From IMG/VR virus record IMGVR_UViG_3300027865_000001: DNA of 45,420 nt. The stretch is one strand, 5' to 3'. A model generated the notes under the pieces. The model saw nothing but the letters and a program-made list of their open reading frames with translations. It had not been told where the DNA came from and ran no database searches. This DNA comes from a virus. How positions within the stretch are numbered: position 1 is the stretch's first letter; each line of letters opens with the position of its first letter. Positions 24,220-33,611 of the stretch are shown here, in pieces. Position numbers and translations under genes: made by a program.

Positions 24220-25565
24220 GTACTAACTTCTTAGATACTCCTCTAAAATTAGTACCTGGATCTATACCTCGCGAACCAGATTTCATAGATTTATACCTAG
24301 ACTATACAGATCAGACAGAGTGTCCTACTTTCTTTCATCGTTGGACTGCTATTACTTGTCTCTCTGCATATCTTGGTAGAAGCTTATACTTCCAGCATGG
24401 ACACTTTACTATACATCCTAATTTATATACTATGCTTATAGGTTCGCCGGGCACTAAGAAATCTAGTGCGATTAAGATAGGTGCTAAGCTAATATCGAAA
24501 GCGGGATATACTACATTCGCTGCTAAGAAAACCAGACAAGAAAAGTTCCTGTTAGATATGGCTGAACAGGCTGATAGATTTCTAGGTACAGACTCAGAAG
24601 GATTAGATTTAATGGAAGCTAATCTCTTTGGTGATGAAGGTGGTAGAGATGAGAACCACTTAGTGAGTACTGCACGCTATCTTGACTGCCCGCCATGTGA
24701 AACATTTGTAGCAGCGGATGAATTTAATAACTTTATTGGTATAGGTAATACTGATTTTATATCTATACTAGGAGAACTTTGGGACTATGATGGAATCTAT
24801 GACTATAGACTTAAGAACAGTAAATCTGTATATATCCCTAACCCTACTATTAGTATTCTTGGCGGCAATACTCCTACTGGGTTCTCTCAAGCATTTCCGA
24901 CTGACACTCTTGGGCAAGGTTTCTTCAGTAGGTTGTTACTTGTGTATGGTGAGCCTTCTGGTGTTAAACATACTTTTCCTCCTGCGCCTAATCTAATAGC
25001 ACAGCAGAAATTAATAGATTGGCTGCATAAAATAAAACAAGAAGTATCAGGAGAAGTTACACTAACACCAGAGGCTAGACAATTAATGGAAGAGATATAC
25101 CATACATGGGGAGGCATAGAGGATCTCAGATTTGAGCACTATGCTAATAGAAGACTTACACATTTAATTAAACTTACTATAGTATTGGTAGCTTCTAGAG
25201 TATCTACAGTAATAGAACCTATAGATATAGTCTATGCCAATACTTTACTATCCTTCACAGAACAACTAATGCCTAAAGCATTAGGAGAGTTTGGTAAAGC
25301 TAGAAACTCAGATATTACGCATAAGCTAATGCTAGCTTTAGATGGAACAACTTTACCTCTCACCTTACAAAACTTATGGAAAGTATCACATCAGGATTTA
25401 GATAATAGAACTCAGCTAATAGATATTATAAATAATCTCTTACAAGCTGAAAAGATACAGTGTGTAGTGGGTGGATATTTACCTATTAAGAAAGTATTAG
25501 CACAAGGAACAGAAGGTCTTATAGATTGGGACTTACTTACTCAAACTGAAAGGGGATTATTATGA
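24216..25565 (+). CDS. P-loop NTPase, DUF3987/SF3-like replicative helicase candidate (deviant Walker A)
   Basis: 449 aa with GSPGTKKSS (Lys in place of the second Gly), Walker B FVAADEF, ISILGGNTPTGF and GFFSRLLLVYG. It has an ATGA overlap with the polymerase gene. Confidence 0.55.
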   Translation: MSTNFLDTPLKLVPGSIPREPDFIDLYLDYTDQTECPTFFHRWTAITCLSAYLGRSLYFQHGHFTIHPNLYTMLIGSPGTKKSSAIKIGAKLISKAGYTTFAAKKTRQEKFLLDMAEQADRFLGTDSEGLDLMEANLFGDEGGRDENHLVSTARYLDCPPCETFVAADEFNNFIGIGNTDFISILGELWDYDGIYDYRLKNSKSVYIPNPTISILGGNTPTGFSQAFPTDTLGQGFFSRLLLVYGEPSGVKHTFPPAPNLIAQQKLIDWLHKIKQEVSGEVTLTPEARQLMEEIYHTWGGIEDLRFEHYANRRLTHLIKLTIVLVASRVSTVIEPIDIVYANTLLSFTEQLMPKALGEFGKARNSDITHKLMLALDGTTLPLTLQNLWKVSHQDLDNRTQLIDIINNLLQAEKIQCVVGGYLPIKKVLAQGTEGLIDWDLLTQTERGLL

Positions 25566-26515
25566 AAATACTAGTAGTATACCATGGGGAGTCTTGCACC
25601 GATGGATTCACTAGTGCATGGCTAGCAACTGTAGCAGCTAAACGAGCAGGATATGAAGCACCTGAGTTATATCCTTTAACTTATGCAGACGGACAAGAAC
25701 AAGAATTACAGCATCATATAGTAGATCAATTCATAATACGGGATCACTATGATATAATCTACATACTAGATATTTCTCTTACTGAACAGTGCTTAGCAGT
25801 TATAGTAAAGACTAGTAAAGCTAACATCGTAATGCTAGACCATCATAAGACAGCTTTCGATAGGTATCTACCAGATGTGCCGCGTACCAAATATGAGAAA
25901 GCAACTGTATCTCTATTTGATAAGCAGGTTTACATAGGTCTAAATAATGGTATGTCTGGTGCTGGTATGACTCATATGTATTTCTTTCCAAAAGAAGAAG
26001 AAGCACCATTGCTAGTACAGCATGTACAAGATAGAGATAACTGGTCATATGATATGAAGCATACTAAAGCAGTAGATAGGTACTTAAAGAATCAAGAGCA
26101 AACTATAGAAAACTGGACTGATATTAATGCTATGATGTGTCATGCTACTGGGTATTGTAAAGTAGTACAGGAAGGACAGGAGATATTAGATCTCTATGAG
26201 GCTAAGATAGAAGAGATATGTGGATACGCAGAGTGGATAACTATCCTTGGATCTACAGGACTTATGGTAAGATGTAACTATGAATATGCTTCAGATGTAG
26301 GTCATCTTTTATGTAAGACCTCTGGTACTTTTGGTTTAACTTACTCTGCAATGAAGAGAGAGATAGGTATGCCAAGTGTATTTAGAGTCTCGCTACGATC
26401 GGAAGGAGACTTTGACGTAGAAGATATAGCTAAGGAGTTAGGAGGAGGCGGTCATAAGAATGCAGCTGGTTTCATTATAGCACAGGATAGGCTATTTTCA
26501 GGAGATCTAGCATGA
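25562..26515 (+). CDS. DHH/DHHA1-family phosphoesterase (NrnA/RecJ-like)
   Basis: 317 aa with an N-terminal YHGESCTDGF, the DHH motif VMLDHHKT, and the DHHA1 motif GGGGHKNAAGF. Confidence 0.8.
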   Translation: MKILVVYHGESCTDGFTSAWLATVAAKRAGYEAPELYPLTYADGQEQELQHHIVDQFIIRDHYDIIYILDISLTEQCLAVIVKTSKANIVMLDHHKTAFDRYLPDVPRTKYEKATVSLFDKQVYIGLNNGMSGAGMTHMYFFPKEEEAPLLVQHVQDRDNWSYDMKHTKAVDRYLKNQEQTIENWTDINAMMCHATGYCKVVQEGQEILDLYEAKIEEICGYAEWITILGSTGLMVRCNYEYASDVGHLLCKTSGTFGLTYSAMKREIGMPSVFRVSLRSEGDFDVEDIAKELGGGGHKNAAGFIIAQDRLFSGDLA

Positions 26516-26838
26516 CTGAAGAATACAATCATGGAAGAAGGATAGTAATGTTCTCTGAAGCAAGGATAGCTTTTGAGAAAGAGATAAGAGATAACCATCC
26601 TAAGTTAGCTATGAAAATACTTATAGCTACTAAGGAGGCTGGTATACTTAATGATCCTAATGAATTCGATGAAGGTATAGCGGTAGGAATAGTAGCCGCT
26701 GAGTTTAATATAGGTATGCATGGACTGTATCTACCTGAGCAAATAGAGCATATGTATGATCAGTTATGGCAGAAGCTACGAGCTAGTGCTGCACCAATAA
26801 CAGATATAATACTACCACCGGGAAGTAGAATGCAATGA
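26512..26838 (+). CDS. Hypothetical protein (108 aa)
   Basis: Track ORF with ATGA coupling at both ends. Confidence 0.7.
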   Translation: MTEEYNHGRRIVMFSEARIAFEKEIRDNHPKLAMKILIATKEAGILNDPNEFDEGIAVGIVAAEFNIGMHGLYLPEQIEHMYDQLWQKLRASAAPITDIILPPGSRMQ

Positions 26839-27056
26839 GACAACCAGATGAGTATACAGACCATGAAGGTGGTAATTGGATAACTTGGCCAAAAGGTTTA
26901 GATGTTAATACCTTAAGACTAACTGGTTATCCCAAAGGTATTAACCACATAACAGTTGGCACTAAACCTAATATAATTCAACTCCACTCTATACGTTGGC
27001 GTCTTAGTCTAGGTCTTTACGCAAGGTGGGATACTGTTAATCACTGGACAGAGTAG
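26835..27056 (+). CDS. Hypothetical protein (73 aa), last gene of the rightward arm
   Basis: Track ORF. Its stop at 27054-27056 lies 6 nt from the convergent holin stop. Confidence 0.6.
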   Translation: MRQPDEYTDHEGGNWITWPKGLDVNTLRLTGYPKGINHITVGTKPNIIQLHSIRWRLSLGLYARWDTVNHWTE

Positions 27057-27062
27057 CTAGTA

Positions 27063-27473
27063 CTACTTAGTTTTACCTCGTAATTTCTCAACTGTACGCA
27101 TAGTACCTAGTAGGCCGAGCATACCAAGAGTAAGCTGCATGATTATATCAAAAGGTAACTCAGGTCCCGGCTTATCAGTAAACCACTGTATCCAAGGATT
27201 AATAATAAAGAAGTTAAATAGCCCTAAAGCACAGACCCATCCTATTGCTGGACGCCAGTTAGCTGCAAACCCAAACCTAGATCCAGCTTCTAACTTATTA
27301 ATCTCAGTTTGTACCATGTGCGGCTGTTGAGCAATTCGCAGTCTTATCTCTTCATGAGTTAGCTTCTCATCTTTAGATGTAAAGAGATTATCAATTACAG
27401 TGCCTACTGCGGTAACTCCTGCTACTGCATCACCACCTCCGAAAAATCCTTTAATAGCATTACCAATTCCCAT
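27063..27473 (-). CDS. Holin, 3-TM GTA-type family candidate
   Basis: 136 aa. The segment KLEAGSRFGFAANWRPAIGWVCALGLFNFFIINP resembles the conserved core I recall for the 'holin of 3TMs, for gene-transfer release' family. It is the last gene of the lysis cassette. Confidence 0.6.
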   Translation of the reverse strand: MGIGNAIKGFFGGGDAVAGVTAVGTVIDNLFTSKDEKLTHEEIRLRIAQQPHMVQTEINKLEAGSRFGFAANWRPAIGWVCALGLFNFFIINPWIQWFTDKPGPELPFDIIMQLTLGMLGLLGTMRTVEKLRGKTK

Positions 27474-27476
27474 CTT

Positions 27477-27770
27477 CTAATCCTTCTCTAGTTTACGAAT
27501 TTCTTTCAATAACTCTTTCACATCTCTTTTAGTTTCTGCTACATCTTTTTTAATTGTAGCCACATCTTGCTTTAAGAGAGCATCAGAGATAGCATCTAAT
27601 TGTTCTCGTTTATCATCCTCAGCAAGTTTAACTGTATGTGTTGCAATAATTCTATCTTGCGCAGCATTAATAGTATCATTAGTAGCAAAAGATATACCTG
27701 CAATAAACACAATGCTTACAAGACAGCAAATCAATTGCCAATTTTTAATTATTGATTCCAGTGACATCAC
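27477..27770 (-). CDS. N-terminally anchored coiled-coil protein (i-spanin-like or lysis regulator)
   Basis: 97 aa (GTG at 27770; ATG at 27767 overlaps the endolysin TGA). It has one N-terminal TM (LICCLVSIVFIAGISF) followed by a charged helical region. I found no lipobox partner ORF in the other frames. Confidence 0.55.
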   Translation of the reverse strand: MMSLESIIKNWQLICCLVSIVFIAGISFATNDTINAAQDRIIATHTVKLAEDDKREQLDAISDALLKQDVATIKKDVAETKRDVKELLKEIRKLEKD

Positions 27771-28108
27771 ATGCCCCCGTTATGTATTAAGCTATAATGA
27801 TTACCATCATCTTCGCCAGCTTCTCCGGGATGACTATCTTTATCCCAGTTACCTCCCCAACGGCATAACTCATGCCTAGACTCCCACTTAGTACCAGAAA
27901 TCTTATGGCCTTCAGTAGTAGATATATACTCACCTGCAAGGAATAAGTTAATATCAGCAGCTAACTTCTTGTAATGGTTAGATCCAGTTCTATGACCAGT
28001 AGTAGCAAACACATCACCTAGACGAGTCTTATATCCTAGCGCATGTAGCCAGATAAGATGTTCAGCATATAGCTCAGCAAACAGTTCTTGCTTTTCTCCA
28101 AGTCTCAT
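27767..28108 (-). CDS. Endolysin, M15-family zinc peptidase (VanY / L-Ala-D-Glu peptidase-like)
   Basis: 113 aa with HRTGSNHYKKLAADI and DGNHYS, which correspond to the H-x6-D ... H metal-ligand pattern of small M15 phage peptidases. Confidence 0.7.
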   Translation of the reverse strand: MRLGEKQELFAELYAEHLIWLHALGYKTRLGDVFATTGHRTGSNHYKKLAADINLFLAGEYISTTEGHKISGTKWESRHELCRWGGNWDKDSHPGEAGEDDGNHYSLIHNGGM

Positions 28109-28133
28109 ACTAATATCCTCTAATCACTAACTC

Positions 28134-28532
28134 TTATCCGATGATAAATACAGTTGGTGGCATTGCCTGAATATTATCAACAGTATGTATTGTTTGCTCA
28201 GATAGGTTTGACCAAAGTCCACCAGTAGTGCTGACTCTCGCACGGAAGTAATAGACTCCGGGTGCTAAATCTACTACCACAGTAGTTTCACCAGCAGGAA
28301 CTATAACAGGTGTAAATCCTACTGGTGCTGGTTCTGCTGGATTAGAGCAAGATTCTCCTATACTTGGAATAGGAGAATCACTCATGTATATCTCTACTGA
28401 TCCTAGGTCTGATGGACTAAGCGGGTTGTTTTCACAATCAATAATCGGTAATGTATAAGATAATGTAACTTCAGTGGCATTGACAGATACAGACAACATT
28501 AACATTGGTAATATAAAAGATAGTATTTTCAT
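28134..28532 (-). CDS. Secreted beta-sandwich (Ig/FN3-like) protein
   Basis: 132 aa with the signal peptide MKILSFILPMLMLSVSVNA|TEV. The mature part is rich in beta strands and prolines. Confidence 0.55.
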   Translation of the reverse strand: MKILSFILPMLMLSVSVNATEVTLSYTLPIIDCENNPLSPSDLGSVEIYMSDSPIPSIGESCSNPAEPAPVGFTPVIVPAGETTVVVDLAPGVYYFRARVSTTGGLWSNLSEQTIHTVDNIQAMPPTVFIIG

Positions 28533-28557
28533 TTGCTATTTTCCTTGTGAGTATTTT

Positions 28558-31500
28558 CTAGTTACCAGAGAAATCTCTGATTGGTTCGCCACCCATGATC
28601 TCTTGCATAGCTTGATTGTATGGACTGTTAAGGTTTCTTAATATCTCATTAGCTTGAGAACTATTAGCTTCTTTATATAGTTGAGTAAACCATCCTGCGA
28701 ATTCTTCTTGCCTACCACCAGCAGCAGCATAGTCAGTAGCAAAATTATTAATCTGTTCACCAGTAGGATTATTACCAGCAAGCACTGTGGATTTAATAGC
28801 TGCTCCTAAGATGTGTCTTTTCCTAGCATCCTTCAATCCATAAGTCTGGAAGCGGTAAGTAGCATCTAATGCTATAGCCTCATCCAGTGGCTTACCTCCT
28901 GAAATACGAGCAAGGTTAGCTAGACTAAGTAAGTCATTAGCAGCTACTACATTCCCACGTTTACTAGTACTGAAGCTCGCACGGTTAGGATTATTAAACG
29001 CTTGTAGTGTAGCACCTAAGCCTGCTAATGGTCTGCTTATACCATTATGCTCAAGTCCCTTAAGTAAGACAGTAGCTACATCGCCACCTTTTCCTATTAT
29101 AGGGATAGGAAGTTGCTTAGTAGTATTAATTATATTAGCTGCAAACTTACCAAAGGCTTGTATGATAGGTACTTTAGCAGGGTTGACAGGTAGTACAGTA
29201 ACTTGTCTAGGGTTAAGATCACCACGAGTATATAGATTCACTTTCAAATCTGGATGTAGTAGGCCCAGTGCAGTACTAGCCATACCATACATTAAGAAGT
29301 CTCCAGCTTCTTTACCTGCTATTCCATAGGTAGCATCATACGCATCTCTATGTTGAGCATTACCTGATGCACTTCCTACAATATGAGTATTAACTGCATT
29401 AAATGCTGGCAGTCCATTCATACCATGGATAGTACCTTGTAGTCCTATAAGGGTAAGAGCATCTTTAGCATGCCCTTCTCCTACGTGACGGAATAGCTGT
29501 TGTAAGAGGTTGAATTGGTAAGTCTGAAAGAGTCCTACAGCTTGTCCTATTGGTCCTTGAAATGCCATAGGTCTTTGAGATGCTAAGTAGTTACCCTGTG
29601 TTCTATTTACGAAGGTATTAATATAAGCTTTCTGCTCAGCAGCAGAGATAAGACCTCGCTTAACTCCTACATCTGAGATCTGCTTCATTACATCAGCAGC
29701 AATAAACCTATTAAATTCTTCTGCTAATCTATTACCAGTCCACCTCTCACCAGCATCTCCTATATCTCGCATATTCTTTCTAAGACCATTCATCCTAGAG
29801 TTCCAAGCATCTACTGATTCTCGACCAGTAAAAGTAAGAGTCTCAATAGCATCTCGGTACTGATCAGTGATAGAAGTAAGGTAGCCATTGTCTCTGTAGA
29901 ACTGCATGGTAGGGCCTTGCAATCCCTCATTGTGAAGCTTGTTAAGAGAGTTAGCTATAAGCTTAGTAGGTGCTTGCATTAAGCCACCATCAGTACCGGG
30001 TACTGCTATCTTAGTAAGCTTTGCTAACTCTCCTATCGCGTCACTATCACCTCTATTTATAGCTCGCTGAACTGCTTTCACCTCTGCGCCAAGTAATACA
30101 TTAGCAGAGACTGCGTTATTGATAGCGTTAAGAAAATCCCATCGCAATACTATAGTAGCCATTGTGCTATTAGCTTTTTGTACTATAGCACTAAGAGTAC
30201 CTTTAGCAGGTCGTGCATTTGCAAATATATTCATCTCTGCATCATACTGCACTCCTTTATAACCTGCTCGTTCTAGCATCTTATTAATCTGACCTACATC
30301 AGCATCAGTCTTAACAGCATAGAAAGCATCACTTGCAGATTTTTGTACCTGCGATATTACATTATCTGCATACTTATTAAGAGATGTCCAGATAGGATAG
30401 CTAGCATGATCCTTAACAGCTAGTGCAGTCTTAATATAAGAGCCAAAAGGATTCTTAACTGACTCATCCGCGAATGTTAACAAGCTTTGATCAGAGAACT
30501 TAGATGTTTGAATGTTAGTAGCATCATCACCTAATCTTCTAAGCTCTTCAAATTGTACTTCATACTTAGCACTTATAGCTTCTCGTACTATACCTGTCTC
30601 TCGTTGGAGATGCCAGCTTAATACATCATCTATTATTTTCTTAGGATCAGTAGATACAATGAAGGGAGCACTAGTACCTGCTCGCTGCATCTCAGTGTTA
30701 AGATAAGTACTGTTCATAGTTTTCTCATAATCCCACTGACCGATGTTAGCGAATGCTTCTTCAGCTTCACCTTTAGTACGTACTTCTAAATGGGGATTAC
30801 CTTGCTCAATCTTAGCCTTCATCTTCTTAAGTTCATCAGCACTACTGGCAAAGAGAGTACGATTAGCACCACCTCCAGTAGCAGAGCGATCTATTACTAT
30901 AGCAAAGTGCTTATAGTCTTGTGGATTTATTGGAATAGCATAGAAAGCATCAGCTGATCTAGAGATCTCTACTCCTTGCGCTGCTTTAATAGCTGCAAGT
31001 CCTTCAGTGCGTATACCATTAACTTGTATATGCGCTGCAACCATATCTCGTACTTCTTGTGAGAGTAATGGAATCTCTAGTGGCATATTAGGATCAGGAA
31101 GTACAAAGTTTTCAGGCATCTCAGTCTTGTTCTTTGTAGCTGCTGCCACTTGTGCCTCGTAGCGTTTCATTACTGAAGGTATTAATGCATCACCAGTATC
31201 ATTAAGTGCATACTCTCCTTTAATGTTTCTCACACGAGAATTAAGAGTAGCCCACTCTATAGCTGCTTCTTGATTCTGACCAAGAGCATATAGGTGTGGT
31301 TCTAATGTATCTCTTGCTCTAGTCTTAAAAGCTCCAATAGCTCTAGATGTAACTGAGCCTATATACTCTACTGCAGCTGCAAGAGAACCATAGTTAGAAG
31401 ACGCAGCTGTAAATCTACCCGGTCCTGCACCAGTACTTACAGCTCCAGCTCGTACTCTGGGAGTAGTAATCAAAGGTAGCGCTGCCATGATATCAGCGCC

Positions 31501-33609
31501 AAGCACATAGCCAGCAGCAATATCAGCACTAGCTTGGTATGCTACTTGATGCTCTTTAATAACTACCATGTTCTCAGTTACGAAATTATCTATATCACGT
31601 GCTCCAACAGTTCTTTTCCTGCGAGTACTGCCATAGATAGATCTTACCGTCTGTGGAATTTCCCAAAGTTCCTTACCGCCCTGCTTAGAAGGTCCTATTT
31701 GAATCTTATTACCTATTACTTCTACACCAAGATTCTCTGCAGTTTCTGCTGTATAAGCATCTAGCGCCAGCATATCATCCTGATGATAGTCACCTGTAGG
31801 AGTAGTTCTTTGCTCTCCACTAAGGACTCTATTTCTTATGTTTACATTTTTAGCTATTTGCTCTTGAGTTAGTATTACCTTACCCGCAGCAATATTCCCA
31901 GCATCCATCTGATGAGCTAGATTTATCTTTTGCTTAAATATGTACTCTTGCAATCCCATTACTCTAGGATCACCAACAGCATTTTCAGGTAATATGAACT
32001 TAACCTCGGAATCAACACGATCTACAAGACCGCTTATTGGTCCCGGTCTTTCACGTAAGAGCTTCTCTAACATAGGAATATCATTACCATGAATAACTAT
32101 AGGACCATTCCTGAAACTTTCTAGTTGCTCACTTCTACTCCAGATATATCTAGCTTCTATTTCTCTAGGTGACATAGCTCTGGTTCCATCAGGCTTCAAT
32201 CTCATAATATCACCCGAAGTAACTGTATCTGCATTAGCATGCTTACCTGTGTTATTAGCTTGAGAGAAAGTATATTTATGTTCGCTTCCTACTCTCACAA
32301 AACGCTTAGTTACTTCTATAATCTCATCACGACCTATACTATCAGCTAGCGATCGTACTGCTGGAACATCTTCGTAAACTTTTCCTACATCATCTCCGTA
32401 CATGCGTACATAAGATACATGCTTTTCATCATTAATAAAAGCTTTCATCTCAGGATCATCTAAATCTACTTGACCTCTAAGTACTTTCTTAGATAGACGA
32501 TCTATATCCCCGATCTCTTTAGTAGGTTGACCTAAACGAGAGATATCAAGTAAGTCTACGTAATTATATTGTCGGTTAGTTATATCAGTTTGATTCAAGA
32601 CTCCATGATAGATATTAGCTATATCTTGATCGCCATGAGCTAGCTCTCCTACCTGCTTCCTTATTCTTCCTGATAGCTTTCGTATTGTAGTATCACGAGC
32701 AGAAGCTAAATTACCTAACAATTCTGCATCACTTGTCTTAGGAAGCTCCGGCATATTCTTAAGCTGCTCTAGATCTAATGAAATACTTTCATGTGTTGCA
32801 GACTTAGCAGCACTCTCTTCTATGAAAGTAAAAGGTCTTGCTGCACTATCCCACTCAGTTGATGCTTTCTTTAAGGCACTGTTTACTTTAGCTGCATGAA
32901 TAGCTGTTCCGAATGCACCAAAGACTGCACCACCTATGACTATGTTAGCTACAAAATCTCCAAAGTCATGGTTACTTAATATAGGGCTAGAAGACATAGT
33001 AGCAGTTACCGCTACTTCAAATGCAGTAGCTTCTAGTATATTCTGACCAAAACCAGCACCTATAGATCGTAGTGCATTAGTGTTAGATAATTTAGCAGGT
33101 GCAGTACCATTAGCTACTTCTTTTATAGCAGCAGCTAGCTTAGTCTGTTTGCCGGGTACGAGTAGTCCTAAGCCTTGAGACATATTCTTACCATACTTAC
33201 CAGCAGCTATAGCTCCCTTAAGAGATCTTTGCATTGCACTTAAGATCTTAATCGAGCCAATTCCGGGTACTAGAGAAGATGCCATGAAACCTACTAAATC
33301 AGCGCCGCCTTTATGATCCTCATAGAATGCAGAAAGATTGCTATCTAAGCTAGCTACTACATCTTCAGTTTTAGAGATCGCATTATCAGCACCAAATATA
33401 TTTCCTATACTAGCAGGGATATTATAGATCTCATTAGCACCAGAGATTAGAGATACACCTATGAACTTTGGTATACTATCTGCTGCATGGTTTATAGACT
33501 GTACAAAGGTAGGATTACGATTAGCTATACTAAGAGTATCTGCTGCTTGGTAAAAGCTAGGAACTACACCAGTCTCTAATGCTTCCTGAAAAGCTGTTTT
33601 GCCAGCCAT
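28558..33609 (-). CDS. Giant internal virion / ejection protein (T7 gp16 positional analog)
   Basis: 1683 aa, the largest ORF. It follows the 219-aa and 857-aa proteins in a gp14-15-16-like order. No enzymatic motif was recognised by eye. Confidence 0.6.
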   Translation of the reverse strand: MAGKTAFQEALETGVVPSFYQAADTLSIANRNPTFVQSINHAADSIPKFIGVSLISGANEIYNIPASIGNIFGADNAISKTEDVVASLDSNLSAFYEDHKGGADLVGFMASSLVPGIGSIKILSAMQRSLKGAIAAGKYGKNMSQGLGLLVPGKQTKLAAAIKEVANGTAPAKLSNTNALRSIGAGFGQNILEATAFEVAVTATMSSSPILSNHDFGDFVANIVIGGAVFGAFGTAIHAAKVNSALKKASTEWDSAARPFTFIEESAAKSATHESISLDLEQLKNMPELPKTSDAELLGNLASARDTTIRKLSGRIRKQVGELAHGDQDIANIYHGVLNQTDITNRQYNYVDLLDISRLGQPTKEIGDIDRLSKKVLRGQVDLDDPEMKAFINDEKHVSYVRMYGDDVGKVYEDVPAVRSLADSIGRDEIIEVTKRFVRVGSEHKYTFSQANNTGKHANADTVTSGDIMRLKPDGTRAMSPREIEARYIWSRSEQLESFRNGPIVIHGNDIPMLEKLLRERPGPISGLVDRVDSEVKFILPENAVGDPRVMGLQEYIFKQKINLAHQMDAGNIAAGKVILTQEQIAKNVNIRNRVLSGEQRTTPTGDYHQDDMLALDAYTAETAENLGVEVIGNKIQIGPSKQGGKELWEIPQTVRSIYGSTRRKRTVGARDIDNFVTENMVVIKEHQVAYQASADIAAGYVLGADIMAALPLITTPRVRAGAVSTGAGPGRFTAASSNYGSLAAAVEYIGSVTSRAIGAFKTRARDTLEPHLYALGQNQEAAIEWATLNSRVRNIKGEYALNDTGDALIPSVMKRYEAQVAAATKNKTEMPENFVLPDPNMPLEIPLLSQEVRDMVAAHIQVNGIRTEGLAAIKAAQGVEISRSADAFYAIPINPQDYKHFAIVIDRSATGGGANRTLFASSADELKKMKAKIEQGNPHLEVRTKGEAEEAFANIGQWDYEKTMNSTYLNTEMQRAGTSAPFIVSTDPKKIIDDVLSWHLQRETGIVREAISAKYEVQFEELRRLGDDATNIQTSKFSDQSLLTFADESVKNPFGSYIKTALAVKDHASYPIWTSLNKYADNVISQVQKSASDAFYAVKTDADVGQINKMLERAGYKGVQYDAEMNIFANARPAKGTLSAIVQKANSTMATIVLRWDFLNAINNAVSANVLLGAEVKAVQRAINRGDSDAIGELAKLTKIAVPGTDGGLMQAPTKLIANSLNKLHNEGLQGPTMQFYRDNGYLTSITDQYRDAIETLTFTGRESVDAWNSRMNGLRKNMRDIGDAGERWTGNRLAEEFNRFIAADVMKQISDVGVKRGLISAAEQKAYINTFVNRTQGNYLASQRPMAFQGPIGQAVGLFQTYQFNLLQQLFRHVGEGHAKDALTLIGLQGTIHGMNGLPAFNAVNTHIVGSASGNAQHRDAYDATYGIAGKEAGDFLMYGMASTALGLLHPDLKVNLYTRGDLNPRQVTVLPVNPAKVPIIQAFGKFAANIINTTKQLPIPIIGKGGDVATVLLKGLEHNGISRPLAGLGATLQAFNNPNRASFSTSKRGNVVAANDLLSLANLARISGGKPLDEAIALDATYRFQTYGLKDARKRHILGAAIKSTVLAGNNPTGEQINNFATDYAAAGGRQEEFAGWFTQLYKEANSSQANEILRNLNSPYNQAMQEIMGGEPIRDFSGN

Positions 33610-33611
33610 TA

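Noticed and set aside
10799-27056. Lysogeny module (integrase, CI-like repressor) or phage-encoded RNA polymerase
   Set aside because: No ORF shows tyrosine or serine recombinase, HTH-repressor-with-peptidase, or single-subunit RNAP motifs or sizes. The phage is most simply lytic and dependent on the host RNAP.
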